A DNA stretch of 36,070 nt, taken from assembly GCA_001179505.1 (NCBI GenBank), contig CDMY01000654.1:1-36070 (forward strand), in the 5' to 3' direction. The notes under the pieces are model-generated. The model worked only from the letters and a program-made list of their open reading frames with translations. It was not told the origin of the DNA and did not search any database. The position numbers and the translations under genes were made by a program. Each line of letters opens with the position of its first letter. The stretch's first letter is position 1. Shown here in pieces: positions 24,254 to 33,057 of this stretch. The DNA comes from Vitrella brassicaformis CCMP3155. Taxonomy: Eukaryota > Protista > Chromerida.

Positions 24254-24668
24254 TGTCTCAAATCAATCGCTCGCCCCCCAGCTTTCCCGGCGCCCTCCAG
24301 CTGGCAATGATCAGCCTTCGGTAACTTCTTGTACCTGCATCGACGGACACAGATATCAGTGCAGGTGATGTCATCTGTCACCCTTCCCAGATTCGTCGCC
24401 ATGCTCCATGGCTGCAGGTGCTTTCAATGTCCACCTCATTTCAATCATTATGTCCATTAGAAAGCATCTGCTCTTGGAAGTCATAATGGAAGTCACAATG
24501 GAAGTCTCTTCATCAAAGCTCTTCATCGGCTCCTCCCGTCAAAACACTGTCTTCTTGTCCCTCGAGTGCGCAAAAAAAGGGCGGAAAACTGAGTGTCTCT
24601 AAATCTCGCCAAAATGGGGCCAGGGTGGGGGCTGAGGAGGCGGGGGGCGAGCTGATTGATTTGAGACA
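24254..24668. promoter_or_regulatory. divergent promoter region with an inverted copy of the motif GGGGGGCGAGC(T)GATTGATTTGAGACA
   Basis: 24642-24668 (+) matches the reverse complement of 24254-24279 with one indel. TTTGAGACAGGGCGAAAGA (24660-24678) also matches the reverse complement of 22649-22667 exactly. Each copy lies 40-60 nt upstream of an ADA-like ATG. Confidence 0.55.
24290..24402 (-). pseudogene. ADA-like fragment (intron end plus exon YKKLPKADHCQLEGA)
   Basis: Duplicate of about 24005-24075, truncated after LEGA and joined to the 5' flank of copy A. Confidence 0.6.
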
Positions 24669-24719
24669 GGGCGAAAGACGACACCCAAAGAGGAGAGCTT
24701 TATCGTCTTATCCGTCGCG

Positions 24720-27442
24720 ATGAACTCGACAGAGGCATTGCAGTCTGACCCCCACTGCAATGCCGCCGTGGCGGACGGAGCTGAGCCTCAGCCTGCAGAG
24801 GCGGATGAGGCCGGCGCTGCCCATGACAGAGAGCGGTACGCCGCTATTGGAGAGTTTCTTCATGGACGGCATTCCCACCTTGCGTCGTATGTATTGTATG
24901 TGAACAGGTTCAGGGGCATTCCGAAGATAGAGGTGTGCTGCGTCATCGAGGCCGCTGTGCGCCTCGAGCGCCTGGTGCGGGAGTACCAAAGACTCGGCTT
25001 GCAGCTGCCAGACGACGAGGAGGAAAGGCGCAGGTTCTTCACCGCCATGCTGCCCCAGGAGGACCCGGTCTACAGTCTCGCGCTGGCCTTCACTCGCACA
25101 CAACAGATATTCGGTCCGTGACACACAACACACACAAAACAGACACACAGGCATGCATGTATGTGTGTATGTTTGTGTTTGTGTGTATGTGTACGTGTAC
25201 GTGTGTGTCTGTATGCCGTCAATGGGTGCAGACAGCATGGAGGTGCTGAGAGAGGTGACGGCCGAGGTGGTGGAGGACCGGTACAGGGAGGAGAGTGTAG
25301 TCGCCCTCGAGCTGAGGTTCTGGCCGAAATTATTCACTCACATCTACGGCCACAGCTACGAGGAGGTCATGGGGGCAATCCAGCAGGGAGTGGAAGAGGG
25401 CCGACGGCGGTGTGATAGCGAAATAGAAGTACGTGCACAGCATTGACACACATACACATACATGGAAACATAAGTCCAGCATGTATGTGTGTATGTGTGT
25501 GTCTGTGCTGTATGCAGGTTGGTTTGATGGTCTGTGCCATCGCGGGGGGTGGCGAGGAGCAGTTCGTTGACACGATCAACTTCGCCGTCACGTACAAGGA
25601 GGCCGTCGTAGGCGTGGTCGTCGACGCCAGCGAGCCCGAGCTGCTGCAGTACCTGGTGCGTGCGTACACACGGACCTGCGTGAGAGGATTTTCTCCATTG
25701 TGTCTCCCTTGTACGCTCCCCTCTCGTCACAGCACCATTTGGATAGTGTCCACGCAGCTGGACTCAAGATATCGCTGAAGCTCGAGGAGCCCCGCGACGA
25801 CGCCGCCTCAGTGCTATCCCAGATTCGCCCCAGCCGCATCTGCGACAGCACTGTCATCCACAACCCTGCCGCACTCGACATGATCCGCCAGAATCGCATC
25901 GCCCTCGAGCTAACACCGGCCGAGAGCGAGAGTGACCGGGAGTACGTCAAGTGGCTCTTTGACCACCAGTTCAGCATCTCAGTGAACTCAGAATTCCCGG
26001 TGGTGAGAGGGACCAGCCTCACGGCCCAATTCGAGCGGCTGGCGGCTGAGGAGGGCTGGACACTGGACCAGCTGGCAAGGATGAACTACCGTGCCATCGC
26101 TGGCTCCTTCCTGCCCGAGGAGGCCAAGCAGCGGGTCCGCCACCAATGGTTCCGCCACCGAGGCGACCACCAGCAGCAGCAGCCGGACGATGGGCAGCTG
26201 CCAGCCCCTGACCTTGACCGACACAGCGATGACGACCAGAGCGAACCACACGACAGTGACTGCCAGCAGGTGCCTCAGTCAGAGCCACCCTCGTATTCGT
26301 CAGCAGGTGGGCCGCCGTCTCCCATGCGGGATGCCCGAAGTCCCTCGCCGCCCCGCAGTCCGTCATCACCCAGAAGGCAGCCGCACAGCCGCCTGCAGGA
26401 TCAGACGCCGCCACCGCACAGAGAGAACCACGGCAACCGTCAGCAGCTGGGTGGCGAAACGGGAGCTGGCAGTGTCGCCATCCCCAACATCACGCCCCCG
26501 AGAAGCCCCGGCCGTGATGAGGGTGACGGAGATGAAAACGAGAGTAGTCATGATGGCATCGGGGCTGGGGATGGGCGGGGAATGGAGAACGAGGGCTTCA
26601 TTGATGATGACGAACTCGAGGAGGAAGGCGGCTATCGCACTCCCACCAACAACGTCATCATGCCCACAGCCAATGACGGGTTTAACGACCCATTCCAGAC
26701 CCCACCCCAGTGTCAGCAGCCCCCCACCCCCACTCTTGCTGCCTTCGGTGCCGATGACGACGGCGACGACGAAGACGATGATGACGAGCAGGAGGAGGAG
26801 GCCAACGGAGTCGAGGGCGGCGAGTCCGAGAGTGAGGAGGAGGAGGAGGAGGAAGAGGATGACGATACCGCCGAAGAGGAGGACACTCGTCGTCTCGCCA
26901 CAGCCGTGTACGGCTGCATCAGCAGCGAGATGGCTCGCATCGCACAGTGCGTTGTCCATTGTCTTGCCGCTGAACTGCTGCGCCGCTGCCTCAACGAGGC
27001 TGTCCAGCGGCAGTTGGAGCTGCACAAGGCTGCGCTGCTGGCCATGCAGCTGGGGGCTGCGGTGGGGCGACACGGTGGTGGTGGCGGTGGGAGGGAGGAG
27101 AATGAAGGGACGCAGGAGGCCGTTGAGGTGGACGATGTGCAGCTGACGGGGCAGAAGAGGCCATGCGACGGCAACGGGGACGAGCCCAGACACCGCCCGC
27201 TCAAGCGCCGCCGTCGGCACCACCACTCGCGCAGAGGCTGCAAGAGGAAGCGGCTGGACGGGCACATCGCAGGGCCCCCGCTGAAGAAGCAGCGTGTGGC
27301 TCCAGGTAGACATGGCGGGCAGATATTGACTTCATGTCTCTGATGGATGCGTTTGTCATGTGTCTTTTTGTCTTGGCATCTGTCAGTTGAGCGTGAGGAG
27401 GAGATGGGCGAGCCCAACGAGGTCAAGGGAGAGGAGGAGTAG
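24720..27442 (+). CDS. adenosine/AMP-deaminase-fold protein lacking catalytic metal ligands (pseudoenzyme), with a long acidic/basic low-complexity tail
   Basis: Exons 24720-24835, 24908-25113, 25232-25428, 25518-25655, 25733-27305 and 27387-27442 join in frame. Sequence: FRGIPKIEVCCVIEAAVR...EVLREVTAEVVEDRYREESVVALELRFWP...VGLMVC...VVGVVVDA...AGLKISLKLEE...PSRICDS...IALELTP...SISVNSEFP...GWTLDQLARMNYRAIAGSFLPEEAKQRV. This follows ADA barrel spacing. Confidence 0.75.
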
Positions 27443-28090
27443 CAGGACGAGCCAGGCCAGCAGCAGCAGGAGGGGCCAGACGAGCAGCAGCAGGAGAGGC
27501 CAGGCCAGCAGCGCCTCGAGGAGGATGCCGGCGGCGCCAACCCCATCGCGGAGGCCAACAGCCCCAAGCCCAGCAGTGGAAGGGAGGAGAACGGGAAGGT
27601 GGAGGAGGCCGAGAACGAGGCCATTGAGGTGGACGATGTGCAGCTGAGGGGGCAAAAGAGGCCGTGTGACGGCGACGCTGACGGGGACGAGCCCAGTCGC
27701 CGCCCGCTCAAGCGTCGCCGTCAGCACCACTCCCGCAGAGGCTGCAAGAGGAAGCGGCTGGACGGGCACATCGCAGGGCCGCCGCTGAAGAAGCAGCGTG
27801 TCGCGCCAGGTAGACATGGCGGCAGATACTGACTTCATGTCTCTGATGGATGCGTTTGTTGTGTGTCTTTTTGTCTTGGCATCTGTCAGTTGAGCGTGAG
27901 GAGGAGATGGGCGAGCCCAACGAGGTCAAGGAAGAGGAGGAGGAGCATCACGAGCCAGGCCAGGAGCAGCAGGAGGGACCAGGCCAGCCGCAGCTCGAGG
28001 AGGATGTCGCGCACGAGCCAGGCCAGCAGCAGCAGGAGGGGCCAGGCCAGCCGCAGCTCGAGGAGGATGCCGGCGGCGCCAATCCCATCG
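27116..28090 (+). repeat. ~500-bp tandem duplication (exon end, intron, next exon) in the tail of the ADA-like gene
   Basis: Units start at 27116 and 27617 (GAGGCC.TTGAGGTGGACGATGTGCAGCTG). Both carry CCAG|GTAGAC donors (27306, 27810) and near-identical introns ending TGTCAG (27386, 27889). Confidence 0.9.
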
Positions 28091-28281
28091 AGGAGCCCAA
28101 CAACCCCAACCCCATCCCACCCGCACCGTCCAAGGCGAAGAAGCGCCGGAGGGAGGAGGAGGTCCTCAAGGAGGCCTTCAAGGGGTCGGGATACTGGAAC
28201 AGGAGCAGCAGCAACGACAACGAGGAGGGCGGCGAGGCGAAGGGCCGTCCCCCGTATCGCCTTCGCAGGCGACACAAGTGA
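27890..28281 (+). CDS. possible alternative or ancestral terminal exon of the ADA-like gene
   Basis: Open exon VEREEEMGEPNEV...KAKKRRREEEVLKEAFKGSGYWNR...PPYRLRRRHK*. It is reachable only by skipping or reading through TAG 27440. Confidence 0.45.
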
Positions 28282-30104
28282 TTTTTACGTGAGACGGAGA
28301 CAGACAGATAGATAGAGGGAGGGGAGTGCATAGCTCGATTCTTTCAATTGCATTAGTTGGTTGGCGGCCACAAATGTAGAGGTAGCGAGAGAGTTTTGCA
28401 TCCCCTGTCGGTTCCGTGGATGTCTAGATGGATGGATGGATGGATGAGGGGGCATTCTTCACACACCACACCACACCACACCATGCATTCGTCACCAGAC
28501 AGGAAGGAGAGAAGAGAGATGGGCGGGTTCCTATCCCTGCCATTGTATTGGGTTGTGTGTGAAAGTATGACGTGTGTTCACTCTCAACTCACTATCTCTT
28601 CCATGTGCGTGTCTGTGTCTGATACCCATCGATGGCTGTCTGTGTGGGGATGTTTGTTGTTCGGTGGTGGCGGGGAGAAGCCCCCCGGGCACCCTCTTTC
28701 GCTGCGAGTAGGCCTCCCGCCAACAGGGAGGCCAAAACCAGCAAGGAGGGCATGTTTGTGTTTGCGCCTTGTCGATCTGTGAGCGTGTGTGTGTGTGTAT
28801 GTGCAAAGGTGGACGGGCCGGGCAGGGGCAATGCAACGAATGCGTCAGCCAACAGAGCGATGGATGGATGGTGGGTTGTGATGCGAAGCTTTTCTTTCGG
28901 TTGTGTGTGGTTCGGCTGGGGATGCAGACACCTGTCTGCCTACCTGTCTGCCTGTCTGTCTGTCTGTCTGTAATCTTGATCGTGGAATGCTATGAAGATG
29001 GCTGGTCGGCTGGCTCGTGTGTTCGTTGCATGATGAAGAGGTGTGTGTCCAGTGGGGGTGTGTGCTGTGTTGTGTTCTGAGGGAGGGAGTGTGTTTGTGT
29101 GTGTCGGTCTCCTTCCTTTTGGGGCGTCGTGACTGTGTTGGTGTGTGTTTCCTTTTGTTGGTGGAAGGGAGACGGCCATGGGTGTACTCCTTTTTGGGAG
29201 AACACCCATCGTATGTGAGTGAGAGGGCTGGGAGTGAGCGGAGGATGCGAGCGATCTGAGGCGAGAACTCACAGCTTGGGGGCGTACTCCTGTCTGTACT
29301 TGTATGTCTGCATATACATACGTGTGTATGCCATGCACGCACAGGCGGGAGAACGCCCGCTCTCTCACTCACATTGGTGGTGGACCTGTCTGTCTGTCTG
29401 TCTGTCTCTATGCCTGCGCCTGGCCGTCTGTGTGAGGGGGTGGGGTGGGTCTTCGGTCGGTCTTCTTTTTGGGCCTCTGTGTGTGTGTGTGTGTGTGTGT
29501 TGTTTTGGGCATGGTCGGCGCCAAACAAGTGTGGCATGGTGGGGGGATTAGCTAGACGGCCACCCGAGAGGGAGAGAGAGTCGCAGGCACTCGTACGGAC
29601 ACGTACATATCTACACAAAAGGGGCGTACTCCTGTAAGCACATGTCTACGTATGTATGGCGTGCGCATCCGGGAGGATGCCCGCTCCCTCTCTCTCTCAC
29701 CGTGGTGGGTGGACGTCTGTCGCTACCCCTTCCAGCCCACCAGCCCGGCTGGCTGTCTGTCGGTCTGTTTTGGACTGTCTGTCTGTCTGTCTGGGTGTCC
29801 GTCCTTGCGCTTCTTCGGTTGGTTGGCTGGCTGGCTGGCTGTGTGTGTGTGTGTGTGTGTGTGGATGCATATACACACATACAGACGAGACGCGATCGAT
29901 GGATATATACCGATGAGACGCTTCGACAGACCGATCAAGTGCTGCTTGGATGAATATATACAAAACAAAAGAAAACAAAAGAGTGCCGTGCGTGTATGTT
30001 TGTCATACAGTCATTCATTATTCACACCCACCCACCCAGCCGGCCGCCGATGATTGAGTGACCACATCCATCCATCCAATGGCACTTACAGATGTAGGTC
30101 TGTC

Positions 30105-31114
30105 TCATTTCTTGCCCCCCTTGGCAGCCTGGACTGCATCAATCCTCCTCTGAAACTCGGCATCCTGCTTCTCCAGCCTGCTCTCAAAATCTGCCGTCAG
30201 TTTGGCCTGCCACGCCTGCAGGGAGGCCTCCACGCTCTCAGATGCACTCAGGCCGCTCTCCTGCAGCCACACACAGAGGGGCGGCCACATCCACAAGGCA
30301 GAGAGAGACACCACCTGACTGCATCCACGAGTGTCTGCTCACTCTCTTGTCAGCTGCTGGTGCCGGCACGTCTGTGGGGAAGTCCTCCACATTGGGAACC
30401 TGCGTCTCGGCCGCTGGTCGTTTGGCGAACACACCGACAGGAACTGACAGAGGGACAGACACACAGAGAGAGAGGGCCACGCAATCAGACTGAGCGAGCC
30501 ATTTCATCCATCATACCTTTCAGCAGCGCCTTGATTGCTTCCACCTGCGCCTCGTCCGTGACCACATCCTTCTCCTCAAACGCCACCACAGGCGGCATTG
30601 CCGGCATGAGGCTCCTCGCAGGCACCACACGCACCTCCTCCCTCGTCACATACACATACTGATACAGCTTGAAGTGCCGAAAGAAAGTGTCCAGCACGTA
30701 GTTGGTGACGTCTTTGACGTCCTGGGTCGAGAAGACACCCACAGACCAGGGCGGCCGCTGCACGCTGTGCCGCAGCAGGAGGGCTTTGAACAGGTCAAAG
30801 GCGGCGTGGATGTCCAGCCGCGTCCTGACTGTCTGCCGAAAGAGATGCGCCATCAACGAGCAGAGGGCCGACTGTTTGCGGTCGCTGAAGCCGCTCTCCA
30901 GGCAGAAGAGATAGTTGTTGAGGTGAAAGTCGGACAGAATCTCCTTCCGAAACCCCTCCTCCGCCTCGACGTTGAAAACCCGGTCCAGCACATGCCTTGC
31001 ATAGTCTCGTGTGCCCTTGCCTGCCATGGTGGCCAGGTCGGTCCTCGTCAGGTCCTTGAATGTGAAGAACTCCCCCTTGCTCAGCCCCAGCGCCGGCTGC
31101 GTTGTCTGCGGCAT
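30105..31114 (-). CDS. CFAP119: flagellar central-pair C1a-32 / CFAP119 (CCDC189, CLAMP-domain) homologue; 3 exons
   Basis: ILSDFHLNNYLFCLESGFSDRKQSALCSLM...FKALLLRHSVQRPPWSVGVFSTQDVKDVTNYVLDTFFRHFKLYQYVY matches the family signature. Exons about 31114-30517, 30444-30345 and 30260-30105 join in frame to ...AAKGGKK*. Confidence 0.85.
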
Positions 31115-31519
31115 CCTGGCAATGCAGACTGAGCCACAAACTCGCCTGAACAGCGCAATGAACGGAAGGGCAACACGACCAACAGTGCAGAAAGATCAGC
31201 TGCCCTGAGATTGTTGCATGGTTTCCCTTGCCCTCTCTTGCGCGTCTCAGGGAGGGGGCGCCCCCATCATTAAAGCTCGCACGAAACGTCACTTGGCACG
31301 TCTTACAAGGCTCCTACTACCACTCAGCTTGTTGCTCTCCGCATCACGTAAGTATCCCAATCGGCTCTCTCCTCTTCACTTGTCCTCACCAAACTCGCCT
31401 CCCCTTTCCCTCGGCTCTGGTAGTCTTCCAGCGTCCCCAGCAACAGCAGGCGCTTCCCTCACCTCTTACCCGCTCTACTGGTCGGCCGTTGTGGCTCTTT
31501 GAAGACGGGCAGTTTCCTC

Positions 31520-31963
31520 ATGGGATCGGCGTGCTGTCAGCCTGTCCCTGACAACTACTATCAGCGCTTCCGCGACGGTGCGGAGCGCACAGTGGACCCG
31601 GTGCGTCGGCAGGGCTACGGAGAGTGCATCCTTGACTTCTGCACACAGCACTGCAGCGAGCCGGAGCTGCTGATGCCCGAGGAAGACCCTTATACCAAGG
31701 CCAAGTCGCTCAAGACCCAGCCGAGCAGGCGGCTGACATCGACGCGCAAAGCGGCAAAGGACGACAGCACACCCAAGACCGTCGCCAATGAGGGCACTAA
31801 GCGGTTCTCGATGGACGCGCACCTGGGCCCTGCTGCAGCGGCCAAGTACGCGTCGATGTCGCCGGCGACTCAGTATTCGGTGTCGACGAAGGCGTCCACC
31901 AAGTCGAATCTGCAGATGCTCAACACAACCACGGCCACGCCACACTCCAAGATATTCGAGTGA
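31520..31963 (+). CDS. small intronless hypothetical protein with N-terminal myristoylation/palmitoylation motif (MGSACC)
   Basis: 147-codon ORF with coding-like composition. Gly2 followed by Cys5-Cys6; Ser/Thr/Lys-rich C-half. Confidence 0.6.
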   Translation: MGSACCQPVPDNYYQRFRDGAERTVDPVRRQGYGECILDFCTQHCSEPELLMPEEDPYTKAKSLKTQPSRRLTSTRKAAKDDSTPKTVANEGTKRFSMDAHLGPAAAAKYASMSPATQYSVSTKASTKSNLQMLNTTTATPHSKIFE

Positions 31964-33057
31964 CGAGCGTCTGGGGGTGGCTTGTGGACGGGCCTTTGTT
32001 TTCTGGCCGTCCCGTCCTGTATACATGGCGGTTCTTTGCACATGATAGGAGTGGAGAGGAGTGAAGGGGCTAGAGGCAGGCCCGCCACCGTGCGTACGTG
32101 AGGCAGCCAGGCTGCCTGCCGACAGACAGATGAGGGAAATATTTGTTCAGTGTGATAGATAGACTTGACTGACTACAAAGACATCTCCCCCTGACCCACT
32201 TCCCACCCGCTTCCCTTCTTTTTTCGTGTGCGTACACACAAATACATCCACACACCCACACGCATATACAGCGATACATGCCTGCCTGCCTGCCCCTTTC
32301 TGTAGAGCTAGCTACCTGTTGCCTGTCACATGCTCCGTGCGTGTGTGCATGCCTTCACGTACTCCATGTGTTTGTGGGTGTGCGTGCGAATGTGCGTGTG
32401 AACGTGCGCAACTGCATGTGCCCTCCTGGCTTGTGGGCTCGCGAATAGCAGCTTGCTGGTCGGAAGGTTCATGCGGTGGATTGATTGATGGGTAAGGACG
32501 TGTAGAGAGTGAATTCACCTCTGGGTTTTCTCTTGTGGGGCGTCCGTCCCCTCCCTCTCTCGTGTCCGTCCTTGACTCAAGCAAGTGTCGCTCTACCCGT
32601 CTGGTCCTCTTGTCGACTGCAAGCATGCACGTGGGGGAGGATGGGGGAGGGTGGGAAAGGCAGGCGTGGGGGATGCATGTGTGTGTGGGGTTGTGACCAC
32701 GTTGTCGACTCTTGACACACGATGTGCTGTTGTCAATCAAAGCGCTAATGTGACATCGGTCTACATGTGTCTAACACAATGGGCATTGCAAATGCCATGT
32801 GCGCCGGGGGGAGAAGTAGGCACCGGACACGAAAGGCTTGCAGATCTTTGCGAGCTGCGAAGGAGAAGATCAGGCGGCTGGAAGATCAGGCGCAGCAAAT
32901 GAGATCCACGCAAGTAGCTAGCAAACAAGGATTCGCATCTGCGGAGGCTGCCGCACATCACCTGAGCAGTGAGCGAGCAAAGTGATAGTACAGAAACACG
33001 AGCAAGTGATTATGTCCATCTCCATCTCTCCTTCTCTCTTTCTCTTGGTGTGTGCAG

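Noticed and set aside
21130-27442. TAG reassignment to a sense codon, suggested by in-frame TAGs near 21140 and at 27440
   Set aside because: TARBP1 terminates on TAG and the conserved genes show no internal TAGs. The first case lies in a copy with several frameshifts.
26019-27838. Long antisense and alternative-frame ORFs (e.g. 26091-27146 +, 26366-27313 -, 26713-27711 -) over the ADA-like tail
   Set aside because: Shadow frames of GC-rich low-complexity coding sequence, with no independent motifs.
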